In this document: in pieces, positions 11,725 through 22,147 of the stretch
How positions within the stretch are numbered: position 1 is the stretch's first letter
How the letters are laid out: each line of letters starts with the position of its first letter
NCBI GenBank assembly: GCA_965267575.1
Contig: OZ254086.1
Location: 2,752,001 to 2,816,000 of the forward strand
Length of the DNA stretch: 64,000 bases
Direction: 5' to 3'
Origin: Calditrichales bacterium
Lineage (GTDB): Bacteria; Calditrichota; Calditrichia; Calditrichales; J004
Position numbers and translations under genes: made by a program
Notes under the pieces: generated by a model
Told to the model about the DNA's origin: nothing
Database searches by the model: none
Seen by the model: only the letters and a program-made list of their open reading frames with translations

Positions 11725-12966
11725 TTAACGGGTGCGCAGGGTGCTAAAGTTTTGCCGTATATCCTCCGGCCATTCTCCGGTTACCTGGTACACAAGCAAT
11801 GAAAACGCAGCAACGAGTTCCTGTGCCTTGAAGTTGCAATGGCCATAACGCGGGATGAGTCTCGTCGTTAACAGGGCCGGGCTGGCTTGCGCTGCCTTTT
11901 CAGCATAAAGTTCGGTTTGGTTTGCCGGCACGATTTCATCGCCGGTTGTGTGCAGCATTATCATCGGCGAGAAAATACGCCCGGTGGTTGTATAGTTTTT
12001 GGAAATTTCATCCAATGCTTTTTGGTCTGCTTCAAAACGCTGCACGGAAGCATTTAAAAGGGCATCATTGAAAGAACCGGAATAGACACGTTCGCTGTTA
12101 TCGAAAGGATTGCCTCCGAGTACTTCACGCGCGTTGTTGGTGGCGAATACATTATACCAAAGCAAACCGCCGATCGTCTGGGCGATCGTTTCAGGCTTGT
12201 TGGGCAAAACCGGAGCTTTGGCGGTGCGCAACAGGGCGATTGTGCTAATCGGATCAGCTTCCACAGCTTTTTGCACGGCGGGCAAATAGGTGGTCTCAAA
12301 ATTATCGATCACTTCCTGGGGAATTTCTACGGCGCTGCCCGGTATAATGCCGGGAAAAAAGTAATCAAACAAAACACGGAAGTCGCCAAGATAGTTTATC
12401 TGCTCGGCGAAATCTCCGCTGGGGCCGCACAGGGAAAGGGCTCCCGCGAACAGGAAGAATTTCTTTTCCATAGCCAATGTGGTAATCAAGCCGCCTTCCG
12501 AGGCACCTATAAGATAGACGGAGCGGGCACGGCCCACCTGGTCGCGGAAAACGGTAAGCAGTTCTTCGATATCGGCAATGGCATCATTAACGATAAGGCC
12601 GTTTCGACGGTAGCTGGTTGTGGCAAAGGCGTAACCAAGATCGTTTACCAGGTCCGGAACATAGCTGCCGTCAACAGTGAGCTGATCTTCCGGAATGGCC
12701 AGAGGTTCTGTCTCCGCCACATAACCGTGTGCAAAAACCACAAGCTCGCGGTTCCAGGTATCGGGGATACAAATTTTAAATAAAGCGCCGCTGGGCTGCA
12801 CACCTTCAATACAGGTGCTTTTGTTTAAATGGGTTATGTTGGTTACCCGGATACTGTTTTCGGCCTCGGGAGCGGAAGGCGGTTCCTGTGTGCACGATGT
12901 AATAAAAATGACAATTGCAAGAAATAGCGCTGCCGGTAGCAGACGCCTTAGCTGCAGGTAGAACAT
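11725..12966 (-). CDS. Lipoprotein alpha/beta hydrolase
   Basis: Lipobox FITSC, HGY, GASEGG nucleophile elbow, GDEIVP, YGHC; AAGGAG SD before ATG 12966. Confidence 0.75.
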   Translation of the reverse strand: MFYLQLRRLLPAALFLAIVIFITSCTQEPPSAPEAENSIRVTNITHLNKSTCIEGVQPSGALFKICIPDTWNRELVVFAHGYVAETEPLAIPEDQLTVDGSYVPDLVNDLGYAFATTSYRRNGLIVNDAIADIEELLTVFRDQVGRARSVYLIGASEGGLITTLAMEKKFFLFAGALSLCGPSGDFAEQINYLGDFRVLFDYFFPGIIPGSAVEIPQEVIDNFETTYLPAVQKAVEADPISTIALLRTAKAPVLPNKPETIAQTIGGLLWYNVFATNNAREVLGGNPFDNSERVYSGSFNDALLNASVQRFEADQKALDEISKNYTTTGRIFSPMIMLHTTGDEIVPANQTELYAEKAAQASPALLTTRLIPRYGHCNFKAQELVAAFSLLVYQVTGEWPEDIRQNFSTLRTR

Positions 12967-13138
12967 AGTGATCTCCTTCATAGCGAGTTAGGGACGTTGG
13001 AAAGTGAGAAAGCACACAAATATATTGAGAATAAAATCCTTGCGCAAAGGATAATCTGATTAGGGTTTGTTTAAATCGAAGCCTTTAGGCACTATATTTA
13101 TCTGTGGTTGATTTACGACTTTTGGAAATTGGACTGTA

Positions 13139-14038
13139 ATGAGCAACATTTCGGATCATAAAGCGACAATCTGGGTAGTGGAAGACGAGCCTGCCATGAG
13201 CCGGTTGATTACACTCTATCTGCGTAATTGGGGATATGGTGTTAAGACTCTGCCAAATGGTGTGCGCGCATTAAATGAAATGCGCCAGAACCAACCGGAT
13301 CTTATCATCAGCGATATCCTGATGCCCAAGATGGATGGTCTGACTTTGCGTGATAAATTGCTAAAAGATCCCGATCTACGTTTGATCCCCTTCATTTTTT
13401 TAACAGCCAAAGGCGCGGTGGAAGAACGTGTAACCGGCCTCAAAATGTTCGTTGATGATTACATCGCAAAGCCATTTGAACCGGAGGAACTGCGTGCCCG
13501 TATCGAAACCATTCTTAACCGCTATAAGTATTTCCGCGATCAGATGCGCTACGATGAGCTGACCCGCCTCTATAATAGAAAAACCTTTTTTACAATGCTG
13601 GGCAAAGAGTTGAAACGATCGGTGCGCTACAATGCGCCGCTTACGCTGGCAATGCTGGATATTGATTATTTTAAGCAGTGCAATGACGCCTACGGGCACA
13701 CTTTTGGCGATGCCGTTCTGATGAAAGTATCCGATGTCCTTGTATCTTCACTGAGAGACAGCGATTGGGCGGGGCGTTTCGGCGGTGAAGAGTTTGTTGT
13801 GGCCATGCCTGAAACAGCAAAAGAAAATGGTCGCGATGTGGTTGAACGTCTGCGGCGTGGCGTTGCTGAACTCTCTTTTCTTGAAGAGCCCGATTTCAAA
13901 TGTTCAATTTCCGCCGGCGTCGCTTCCTACCCCGATGACGCGGCTGCCGCAGAAGAGCTGCTTAACCATGCTGATAGCGCCCTTTACACCGCAAAACAGG
14001 AAGGACGAAACCGCGTTTGCCTGTTTGGATTATCCTGA
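13139..14038 (+). CDS. Response regulator diguanylate cyclase (REC-GGDEF)
   Basis: REC (VVEDE, SDILMP, FLTA, KPF); RFGGEEF active site with RDSD I-site. Confidence 0.92.
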   Translation: MSNISDHKATIWVVEDEPAMSRLITLYLRNWGYGVKTLPNGVRALNEMRQNQPDLIISDILMPKMDGLTLRDKLLKDPDLRLIPFIFLTAKGAVEERVTGLKMFVDDYIAKPFEPEELRARIETILNRYKYFRDQMRYDELTRLYNRKTFFTMLGKELKRSVRYNAPLTLAMLDIDYFKQCNDAYGHTFGDAVLMKVSDVLVSSLRDSDWAGRFGGEEFVVAMPETAKENGRDVVERLRRGVAELSFLEEPDFKCSISAGVASYPDDAAAAEELLNHADSALYTAKQEGRNRVCLFGLS

Positions 14039-14171
14039 TCCGGGCAGGAATTATTCTTGTCAAATATTAAGTTGTTCAACCTGAAAACATTTGTTAAATT
14101 CAGCTAACCGGATTGGCTGTTGGTTTTGTCCAATATCCATGCTGCTAATTTTTAAAACGGGAGTTGCCCAG

Positions 14172-15917
14172 ATGAAGCGCGCCTTTTTGATAGTTTTTCT
14201 CCTCGCCTTTTCTTTGTCCGCACAGGATCCTGTGACAGTAGACGAATTACGCGATCATATCTATTTCCTGGCTGATGATGCCCTTGAAGGGAGAAAGCCG
14301 GGCACACCCGGAGGCGACAAGGCGGCACAATACATTCGAGATTATTTCTCTGAAGCGGGTCTGGAACTGCTTGGCGATAAAGGATTGCAGGATTTTGAAA
14401 TAATAAGTGCTGTGTCCCTGGATGACGGGAATGCGCTTTCATTTGCTGGAAAAAGCTATACAGTGATGCAGGATTTCAGCCCACTTTGGTTTAGTGATAA
14501 CGGTTCTCTCAACGCTCCGGTGGTATTCGCCGGTTATGGTTTTCAGATAGATGAAGAGGAACTTTCCTGGGATGATTACGCTGAGGTAGATGTAAAGGGA
14601 AAGTGGGCGCTGATTCTGTTGGGTGACCCTGAGCCGGATAATCCACATTCTGAATACGGTTTTCATGCTCAAATGAGAAAAAAAGTCCAGGTGGCAACGG
14701 ACAATGGTGCTGCCGGCGTTATATTTGTCGCCGGCCCGCAATGGGATGATGAAGATCAGCTGCCTTCGCTGGACAGGCGCTACGAGGCTTTGGACAAGGT
14801 ACCGGTTATTCGCATCAAGCGCTCGGTGGCGGACGCACTGCTTGAACAGAAAAGCGTGGCAGACCTGGAAAGCACATTAAATGAAACCAGCGCCCCGCAA
14901 TCTCTTGAAATGAACAAAGAGCTCTCCGCGACAACCGCTTTGAAGATCGATTATGATACGACCCATAACGTCGCTGCGCTGGTCAGGGGCCAAAACGCCG
15001 CCGCTGAAGAGTATATTGTGATCGGGGCGCATTATGATCATTTAGGCTATGGCGGTCCGGGTTCCGGCTCCCGCGCGATCGATACACTGGCCATTCACAA
15101 TGGCGCGGATGACAATGCATCCGGTGTGGCCGCCATGCTGGAAATAGCTGAGTATTTCGCCACATTACCGCAGAAGCCACAGCGCTCCCTGCTCTTTCTT
15201 GCTTTTGGAGCAGAAGAAATGGGGCTTTTGGGATCCAAGTTTTTTGTGGATAATCCCCTGTTGAGCATGGATGACCTGCGCCTGATGATTAATCTGGACA
15301 TGGTCGGCCGGCTTGACGAAAGTAAAGGTCTCACCGTGGGCGGCACAGGCACATCAACGGTGTTGGACTCCCTGGTAAAGGAAGGTGCCGCTGAGCTGGC
15401 GCTGGAGGTCAGTACACAGGATGAAGGTTCCGGGCCGTCTGACCACGCTTCTTTCTATGGCAAAGACAAACCGGTACTGTTCTTTTTCTCCGGGACGCAC
15501 CAGGACTATCACAAGCCCTCAGACGATGCCGACAAAATAAACTATACCGGTATTCAGAAGATCGCGGGTCTTGTAACGGACATAGCGTTGGATCAGGCTG
15601 TCAGCCGAAAAGCGCTGGCCTTTCAGGAAGCCGGCCCCAGGGAACGTACCATGCGTACATCGTTTAAGGTTACATTTGGCGTCATGCCCGATTATGCATC
15701 GGACGTTGACGGCATGCGTCTGGACGATGTTCGCAAAGACGGGCCTGCTGGCAAAGCCGGGATGCAAAGCGGCGACGTGATCAAAGCGATCAACGGAAAT
15801 AAAATATCCAATATATACGACTATATGAATCGCCTCGCCGACCTGAAGGAAGGCGATCTGGTTGATGTGACTGTCATGCGGGAAGGGCAGGAACTGTCTC
15901 TTAAATTGCAACTTTAG
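14172..15917 (+). CDS. Exported M28 family peptidase with PA and C-terminal PDZ domains
   Basis: Signal peptide; GAHYDH, GADDNASG, AEEMGLLGS, NLDMVG, SDH, DYH; GPAGKAGMQSGDVI PDZ. Confidence 0.88.
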   Translation: MKRAFLIVFLLAFSLSAQDPVTVDELRDHIYFLADDALEGRKPGTPGGDKAAQYIRDYFSEAGLELLGDKGLQDFEIISAVSLDDGNALSFAGKSYTVMQDFSPLWFSDNGSLNAPVVFAGYGFQIDEEELSWDDYAEVDVKGKWALILLGDPEPDNPHSEYGFHAQMRKKVQVATDNGAAGVIFVAGPQWDDEDQLPSLDRRYEALDKVPVIRIKRSVADALLEQKSVADLESTLNETSAPQSLEMNKELSATTALKIDYDTTHNVAALVRGQNAAAEEYIVIGAHYDHLGYGGPGSGSRAIDTLAIHNGADDNASGVAAMLEIAEYFATLPQKPQRSLLFLAFGAEEMGLLGSKFFVDNPLLSMDDLRLMINLDMVGRLDESKGLTVGGTGTSTVLDSLVKEGAAELALEVSTQDEGSGPSDHASFYGKDKPVLFFFSGTHQDYHKPSDDADKINYTGIQKIAGLVTDIALDQAVSRKALAFQEAGPRERTMRTSFKVTFGVMPDYASDVDGMRLDDVRKDGPAGKAGMQSGDVIKAINGNKISNIYDYMNRLADLKEGDLVDVTVMREGQELSLKLQL

Positions 15918-15948
15918 ATACCAAGCACTTTTTAATGTGAGTAATAAA

Positions 15949-16497
15949 ATGGTAACAGAGAAAAACAAGAATATTAAAGAAGTCTGGAAAAAATTCGAGG
16001 AAAACGGGTTGACGCATAGCAGTGTGCATCACCTTATGGCTATAAACGATCTGCTTAAAAAGAACGGCTATGCGCGTGGCATAGACGTAGCCAATTACCT
16101 GGATATCAGCCGCAGCAGCGTTTCTGTTACACTACATAAACTGTTGGCCAAAGGCTACATCAGTGAGGATGAAAACAAGTTTTACAGCCTTACCGAAGAG
16201 GGACAGGCTATCACCCATGACGTGCTCAGCACACGGCGGATCGTAAAAATGTTTTTTGCTTCCGTATTAAAGGTGGATGAAGATATTGCGGAAGAAGATG
16301 CCTGCAAGATTGAGCACCTGCTGCATCACCAGACAACCGAGCAGCTTTTTAAATTTATCACACTCTATACGTCTGAAGAGAAAAGCAGTGAAGCTTTCCG
16401 GAAAAGTTTCGGGCATTATGAACATACCTGTGATGACCAGTGTGATGTATGCGATATGGATTGTTTTCTTAACCCCAAAAAGGATATAGAAGCCTGA
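15949..16497 (+). CDS. DtxR/MntR family metal-dependent transcriptional regulator with Cys-rich tail
   Basis: wHTH ARGIDVANYLDISRSSVS; AEEDACKIEH; GTG 15937 is an alternative start. Confidence 0.85.
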   Translation: MVTEKNKNIKEVWKKFEENGLTHSSVHHLMAINDLLKKNGYARGIDVANYLDISRSSVSVTLHKLLAKGYISEDENKFYSLTEEGQAITHDVLSTRRIVKMFFASVLKVDEDIAEEDACKIEHLLHHQTTEQLFKFITLYTSEEKSSEAFRKSFGHYEHTCDDQCDVCDMDCFLNPKKDIEA

Positions 16498-16540
16498 AAA
16501 TTAATTGCAAGTAATTGCCCGCCACGATAACTTAAAAGCT

Positions 16541-17140
16541 GTGAAAAAAATACTTTTTTTAGCCCTGTTTTGGGGCTTTTTTGTTTCCGGTACATATGGC
16601 CAGGGGCCGTCCCTTAACCGCGATAAAATCGCTGGTGATATTAAGGAAATGCTTTCCGGATTGAATCTGGGCACTATGGACAGCATGGGCGTCGCAGTTC
16701 AGTTTGGCAAAGTTGACGGAGAAAAAAGGGGCTTTATAAATCAACTGCTTCTGGAGTACCTTACAACAGAAACCCGCTGGAACGTTGGCGCTGAAAACAG
16801 TGGTGTTCTGCATCTTGAACAATTTGATTCACGTATCGTTTATGCCCAAAGTCCTTCAGGCTGGCTGGGCTGGCAGGGCAAATTGCAACGCCGCCATCAG
16901 TTGGTGCTGCAGGGTTTTCTGGAAAATGAGAATGGAAACATTCTGAATACGTGGAATTTTGATACGGTGCTTACGGACACGATCCCGGAAAACATCGTGC
17001 GGCGTCTTGAAAATGATCCGTATCTTTTCACCAAGGGCACTTACAGCGAGCCGGGATCCTGGAAAAAGGTGATTGAACCGGTGATGGTAACGGCTGCGCT
17101 GGCCACATTGGTGTTTCTGTTTTTTACAATTCGCAGCTAA
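16541..17140 (+). CDS. Hypothetical exported protein with C-terminal membrane anchor
   Basis: Signal peptide MKKILFLALF...; terminal hydrophobic helix VMVTAALATLVFLFFTIRS. Confidence 0.7.
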   Translation: MKKILFLALFWGFFVSGTYGQGPSLNRDKIAGDIKEMLSGLNLGTMDSMGVAVQFGKVDGEKRGFINQLLLEYLTTETRWNVGAENSGVLHLEQFDSRIVYAQSPSGWLGWQGKLQRRHQLVLQGFLENENGNILNTWNFDTVLTDTIPENIVRRLENDPYLFTKGTYSEPGSWKKVIEPVMVTAALATLVFLFFTIRS

Positions 17141-17143
17141 GCA

Positions 17144-17920
17144 ATGGAGTTTAAATTGAAATCTTTGTTTTTATTTTTATTAAGCGTGATTATCCTGATT
17201 TCCTGCTCAGGGAACAAACCGGAGCCGAACTGGACGGCCAGGGAGTATTTCCAGTATGCCAAGGCAAAATATAATGAAGAAAGCTATTTTGACGCATCAA
17301 ACGAGTTTACGGTTGTGCTTCTGCGTTTTCCCGGCAGCAGCGTGGCAGACAGCGCGCAGTACTATCTTGCCGCCAGCCACTACCAGATGGACGAATTTCT
17401 GATCGCCGCGGTGGAGTATGAAAAGCTCGTAAATACCATGTCGCAAAGCTCGCTGGTTCCGGACGCCCAGTTCCAGATGGCCGAAAGCTACTACCGGCTT
17501 TCTCCGCGGGCAGCGCTGGATCAGGAATACACCCAGAAAGCCATCCGTGCCTACCAGGGCTTTATCGAAGATTACCCCACAAATCCGCTAAAGGAAAAAG
17601 CGGAAAAGCGTATTCTTGAACTACGCACAAAACTGGCGCAGAAGGAGTTTAAAAGCGCTGAAATATACAGAAAGATGAAAGAATTTCGTGCCGCTTTGAT
17701 CTATTACGATCAGGTGCTGGACAATTATTATGATACGGAATGGGCCGATGACGCGCAGTATGGTAAAATCCGCACATACCTCGAACTGGAGGACAGGGAA
17801 ATGGCCCAGCTGGAAGTGTCCAAGTTTGAGCAGCAATTTCCCCAAAGCGAGCTGCTTGAAAATCTCAATGGCTTAAAGAGCGAAATACTGTCGCTGGAGC
17901 AGGACAGCAGCGAAGAATAA
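17144..17920 (+). CDS. bamD: Outer membrane protein assembly factor BamD
   Basis: Lipobox LISC; TPR helices; LDQEYTQKAIRAYQGFIEDYP. Confidence 0.88.
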   Translation: MEFKLKSLFLFLLSVIILISCSGNKPEPNWTAREYFQYAKAKYNEESYFDASNEFTVVLLRFPGSSVADSAQYYLAASHYQMDEFLIAAVEYEKLVNTMSQSSLVPDAQFQMAESYYRLSPRAALDQEYTQKAIRAYQGFIEDYPTNPLKEKAEKRILELRTKLAQKEFKSAEIYRKMKEFRAALIYYDQVLDNYYDTEWADDAQYGKIRTYLELEDREMAQLEVSKFEQQFPQSELLENLNGLKSEILSLEQDSSEE

Positions 17921-18522
17921 TGGCACCATCCGTTAAACGCCTGGGCTTGTTCGGTGGAACATTCGATCCCCCGCACATTGGTCACATAATTGTGGCCGAA
18001 TGGCTGAGCCAGGCATTGGGAACGGACAAAACACTTTTTATCCCCGCCTATAAACACCCTTTCGATAGCAAAAGCGACATCACGCCGGAAAGCCATCGCC
18101 TGGAAATGCTAAAACGCGCCATATCCGGCTTCCCGCGCTTTGAGCTTTATGATTACGAAATCACACAAAAAAATACATCCTACACCATAGATACGGTGGA
18201 CCACGTGAGCAAAGAATTTCCCGGCAGCAAACTCTATCTTTTTGTCGGGGAAGATAACCTGGAGTCTTTCGATAAATGGAAAGACCCGGCGGATCTGTTG
18301 GATTTATGCACCCTGGCAGTATTTACGCGCGGAGGCAAAAAGCAATCTTCCTGGAGCCGGCATAAACAGGTTATTAAATTAGAGAGTCCGCGTATCGACG
18401 TTTCATCGACGATGATCCGTGAGCGGGTTGAAAAAGGATTGGCCTTTCGCTCTCTTGTACCTTTTGAGGTGTACAAGTATATTGTTGAGCACAATCTGTA
18501 CGGATACATAGGGGATAGATAA
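17920..18522 (+). CDS. nadD: Nicotinate-nucleotide adenylyltransferase
   Basis: GGTFDPPHIGH, SYTIDT, VSSTMIR. Confidence 0.95.
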   Translation: MAPSVKRLGLFGGTFDPPHIGHIIVAEWLSQALGTDKTLFIPAYKHPFDSKSDITPESHRLEMLKRAISGFPRFELYDYEITQKNTSYTIDTVDHVSKEFPGSKLYLFVGEDNLESFDKWKDPADLLDLCTLAVFTRGGKKQSSWSRHKQVIKLESPRIDVSSTMIRERVEKGLAFRSLVPFEVYKYIVEHNLYGYIGDR

Positions 18523-18840
18523 TTGTTTCTTGGCAAAGTTGTCGGTTCGGTTTGGTCCACAAAAAAAACAGATAATCTAACCAATCTTAAATTTTTGATT
18601 GTTCACCCGGTTAACCTCAAAAAAGCGCCGCTTACCGATGTGGTAATCGTTGCCGATGTATTGGGCGCCGGTGTGGGCGAAACCGTTATCTGTGCTTACG
18701 GCCACGCCGCGCGTAAAGCGATTTTACCGGAGCGCCCTGCGGACCTGAGTATTGAAGCAGCCGTTGTGGCGATTGTGGACAAGCTGGATGTAGATAAACG
18801 TTTTTATGAAGCAGAGGAAGGCGATGGCGAAACTGACTGA
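18523..18840 (+). CDS. EutN/CcmL family bacterial microcompartment vertex protein (BMC-P)
   Basis: MFLGKVVGSVWSTKK, ADVLGAGVGETV, GHAAR, IEAAVVAIVD; TTG start abutting the nadD stop. Confidence 0.92.
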   Translation: MFLGKVVGSVWSTKKTDNLTNLKFLIVHPVNLKKAPLTDVVIVADVLGAGVGETVICAYGHAARKAILPERPADLSIEAAVVAIVDKLDVDKRFYEAEEGDGETD

Positions 18841-19285
18841 GAAAGATATTCGGCAAATTGCCGAGCGGGCCATTGAGCAATTGGGGCATGATGCAACGCC
18901 CGATAATATCCGCAAAGTGGTGGAAGAAACGGTCCGCCGCTTTGATGACGGGCAGTCCCGGCAAGTGCCGGAGCGCGCCCAGAGCAGCCTCCCGCCCACC
19001 TATAACCGCCGCGGAGACCGCGTGATTGTTACGGCTTTCGGTAAAAACCGCAAAGGTATCCTGGCCGGGCTGACCGGCACGATTGCAGACGCCCAGTGTG
19101 ATATAATCGACCTCTCCCAAAAAATCCTGCAGGAGTTTTTCACGGTCATGATCCTGATCGATATATCGACGTCGGAGCATGATTTTGACGCTATCAAACA
19201 GCGCCTCGTTGACGCCGGCAGCCGCTTTGATCTGAAGGTGGTTGTCCAGCACGAAGAAATATTTAAAGCCATGCACAGGGTCTGA
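18824..19285 (+). CDS. ACT domain protein (UPF0237-like) with ~60-aa N-terminal extension
   Basis: [13 protein letters not shown]...[16 protein letters not shown]...[22 protein letters not shown]. Confidence 0.85.
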   Translation: MAKLTEKDIRQIAERAIEQLGHDATPDNIRKVVEETVRRFDDGQSRQVPERAQSSLPPTYNRRGDRVIVTAFGKNRKGILAGLTGTIADAQCDIIDLSQKILQEFFTVMILIDISTSEHDFDAIKQRLVDAGSRFDLKVVVQHEEIFKAMHRV

Positions 19286-19287
19286 CC

Positions 19288-20649
19288 ATGTCGATGGAAC
19301 TCAGCGAAATACTCGAAACCATCCGTATGACCGAGGTGGAGCATTTTGATATCCGCACGGTTACGATGGGCATAAACCTTAAAGATTGTGTCAGCGCCGA
19401 TCTGCCGCGCCTCAAAGCGAACATCTATGAGAAAATAATGCGTTGCGCCGCTGAACACGTTAAGACAGCCGAAAAGATCGAATCGGATTATGGTATCTCC
19501 ATTGCCAACAAAAGAGTGTCGGTAACGCCAATTGCGCTTATCGGCGACGGGCTGCGCTCCGATGATTTTGTTGAGATTGCCCATACACTGGACAAAGCCG
19601 CCGACGCGCTGGGTATAGATTACCTGGGCGGATTTTCAGCGTTGGTGCAAAAGGGCTTTTCTAATGGCGACCTCAATCTCATCCGTGCCATCCCTTATGC
19701 TTTAAGCGAAACGGACCATATCTGCTCATCGATCAATGTGGCCACATCCAAAGCGGGCATCAACATGGATGCCGTGGCCATGATGGGCGAAATAATAAAG
19801 CAGACCGCGGAAAAAACGGCCGACCGCGACGGTATCGGCTGTGCCAAGCTGGTGGTGTTTGCCAATGTGCCGGAAGATAATCCTTTTATTGCCGGCGCCT
19901 TTCACGGGATAAGTGAGCCGGATGTGGTCGTCAATGTCGGCATAAGCGGGCCCGGCGTTATCCTGCGTGCCGTGCGCGAAGCGCCCAACCATGATTTTGC
20001 CGCGCTGAGCGACCAGATCAAGAAGATGGCCTTTAAGATTACACGGGCCGGCGAATTTATCGGAAGGAAGGTGGCTTCGCTGCAAAATATACCGTTCGGG
20101 ATTGTTGATATATCCCTGGCGCCGACACCGATGCCGGGCGATAGTATTGCTGATATCCTTAAGGCCATGGGGCTGGAAGATGTTGGCGCGGCGGGCACTA
20201 CCGCAGCTCTGGCTCTGCTCAACGATGCCGTTAAGCGCGGCGGCCTGATGGCTTCTTCCTACGTGGGCGGCATGAGCGGCGCGTTTATCCCGGTTTCGGA
20301 AGATGAAGGTATGATCAAGGCCGCGCAAAAGGGCAATATTGGTCTTGAGAAACTGGAAGCCATGACCAGCGTCTGCAGTGTTGGTATCGATATGGTGGCT
20401 ATCCCCGGAGATACGCCTGCCGAGGTTATTGCCGGTCTGATCGCTGACGAATGCGCTATTGGCGTGGTTAACAACAAGACAACAGCAGTACGCGTTATCC
20501 CCGTTCCCGGTAAAAACGTTGGCGAAAGCGCGGACTACGGCGGTTTGCTCGGCATCGCCCCCGTGATGCCCATATCAAAACTGTCCAACAAGCATTTTAT
20601 CTCCCGTGGCGGACGCATGCCCGCACCCACAAAAGGGATCAATAATTAA
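19288..20649 (+). CDS. DUF711/UPF0210 (PFL-fold) family protein
   Basis: [57 protein letters not shown]. Confidence 0.92.
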   Translation: MSMELSEILETIRMTEVEHFDIRTVTMGINLKDCVSADLPRLKANIYEKIMRCAAEHVKTAEKIESDYGISIANKRVSVTPIALIGDGLRSDDFVEIAHTLDKAADALGIDYLGGFSALVQKGFSNGDLNLIRAIPYALSETDHICSSINVATSKAGINMDAVAMMGEIIKQTAEKTADRDGIGCAKLVVFANVPEDNPFIAGAFHGISEPDVVVNVGISGPGVILRAVREAPNHDFAALSDQIKKMAFKITRAGEFIGRKVASLQNIPFGIVDISLAPTPMPGDSIADILKAMGLEDVGAAGTTAALALLNDAVKRGGLMASSYVGGMSGAFIPVSEDEGMIKAAQKGNIGLEKLEAMTSVCSVGIDMVAIPGDTPAEVIAGLIADECAIGVVNNKTTAVRVIPVPGKNVGESADYGGLLGIAPVMPISKLSNKHFISRGGRMPAPTKGINN

Positions 20650-20652
20650 ACC

Positions 20653-21522
20653 ATGATTTTTAAAAAGAGAAAAGTCCGCATCGCTTTCGCGCAGATCGCG
20701 CCCTACCTGGCAGATGTGGACAGAAACCTGGATAAACATATCGAATATGTGGATAAGGCGATTGCCGAAAAGGCCGACATGGTGCTCTTTCCGGAGCTTT
20801 CGCTTTGCGGCTATTCGCTGAAGGATGCCACGCCCGAAGTCGTCCTTGGCCAGGATGACGATCGGCTTAAACCCTTGTTAGAGAAAAGTAAAAAGATAAC
20901 TATTATCTGTGGCGGCGTGGAGCTGAGCGATGATTTTGAGATATTCAATACGCAATGGTGTTTTGAAGATGGCAGGATTCTGAACAAACATCGCAAAGTG
21001 TATTTGCCAACCTATGGTGTTTTTGAGGAAGAGCGCTATTTTTCATCGGGCAACCGCTTCCGCGCTTTTGAGAGCAAACTGTTGCCGATGGGCGTGATGG
21101 TCTGTGAAGACTTGTGGCATCCGGCAACCGGTTTGATATTGGCACTGGATGGCGCCTGGCTGCTTATTGTGCCCGCCGCCGGATTAACCCGTGGCCTGCG
21201 CGGTGAAAAGAAACCGCAGAACGTGCACGCCTGGGATACGCTGGCGAGTGCCATGGCCATTACCACCACATCTTATGTCGCGTTCATCAACCGTGTAGGC
21301 AGCGAAGATGGTCTGGTGTTCTGGGGCGGCTCGCAGCTGGTGGGACCGGACGGTGAAGTGGTAGGCCGCGCCGAATATTATGATGAGCAGCTCTTCAGCG
21401 TGGAAATGGACCTCCATAAGTTGCGTCATGCACGCGTTAACAGCACGATGCTATCAGATGAAAAATTGCCTGTTTTGATCGAGGAGTTTCAGCGTATTCA
21501 TAAAAAACGGCTGGATTATTGA
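20653..21522 (+). CDS. Carbon-nitrogen hydrolase resembling the stand-alone glutaminase subunit of NAD synthetase
   Basis: E-K-C triad: FPELSL, HRKVYLPTYGVFEEERYF, VCEDLWH; NRVGSEDGLVFWGGS. Confidence 0.85.
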   Translation: MIFKKRKVRIAFAQIAPYLADVDRNLDKHIEYVDKAIAEKADMVLFPELSLCGYSLKDATPEVVLGQDDDRLKPLLEKSKKITIICGGVELSDDFEIFNTQWCFEDGRILNKHRKVYLPTYGVFEEERYFSSGNRFRAFESKLLPMGVMVCEDLWHPATGLILALDGAWLLIVPAAGLTRGLRGEKKPQNVHAWDTLASAMAITTTSYVAFINRVGSEDGLVFWGGSQLVGPDGEVVGRAEYYDEQLFSVEMDLHKLRHARVNSTMLSDEKLPVLIEEFQRIHKKRLDY

Positions 21523-21536
21523 GCGTCTAAATATGT

Positions 21537-21565
21537 TTGCTCTTATATTTCAAATCTCCTACATT
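21537..21565 (+). promoter_or_regulatory. Sigma70-type promoter of accB
   Basis: TTGCTC-17 nt-TACATT. Confidence 0.5.
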
Positions 21566-21609
21566 ACCCGTTTTGCAAGCTTTCCTAAAGTGTATTTACA
21601 GGAGGATCC

Positions 21610-22074
21610 ATGGATCTTAAGGAAATTCGTCAGCTTATAAAAATGGTTGAATCTTCCGATATCAGCCAGTTTGAAATCCAGGAAGAAGGAAAAAAACTCA
21701 AGATCACGAAAAACAGTCATAGTTCGGCTCAGGTAGTTCAGCACACGGTGGCGCCACCTGCCCCCGCGGCAGCTGCGCCTGCGCCCGCGGCGCCGGAACA
21801 GGCCGCTCCCGCCCCGGCCAAAAAGGACAATGTCGTGGAAGTACTATCACCGATGGTTGGAACATTCTATCGTTCACCCTCACCGGACAGTGATCCCTAT
21901 ACAGACGTGGGCAAAACGGTAAAAGCAGGTGATGTTCTCTGTATCGTTGAAGCGATGAAACTTATGAACGAGATCGAATCCGAGGTAAGTGGAAAAGTAG
22001 TTGAAATATGTGTTGAAAACGGCGAACCGGTGGAATACAATCAGGTCCTTTTTCGCGTTGAAAAAGCCGGCTGA
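21610..22074 (+). CDS. accB: Biotin carboxyl carrier protein
   Basis: Ala/Pro linker, [15 protein letters not shown] biotinyl-Lys. Confidence 0.97.
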   Translation: MDLKEIRQLIKMVESSDISQFEIQEEGKKLKITKNSHSSAQVVQHTVAPPAPAAAAPAPAAPEQAAPAPAKKDNVVEVLSPMVGTFYRSPSPDSDPYTDVGKTVKAGDVLCIVEAMKLMNEIESEVSGKVVEICVENGEPVEYNQVLFRVEKAG

Positions 22075-22102
22075 TGGAGTGAGTTTTAAACGAAATCAAT
22101 TC

Positions 22103-22131
22103 AAAAGGCGATCCATTGGGTCGCCTTTTTT
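22103..22131 (+). terminator. Intrinsic terminator between accB and accC
   Basis: AAAAGGCGATCC-ATT-GGGTCGCCTTTTTT. Confidence 0.75.
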
Positions 22132-22147
22132 ATTATCTGCATCCAGC

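Noticed and set aside
19288..20649. DUF711 as a glycyl-radical enzyme of a GRM-type microcompartment
   Set aside because: No C-terminal RVxGY glycyl motif and no radical-SAM activase; only the fold label is PFL-like
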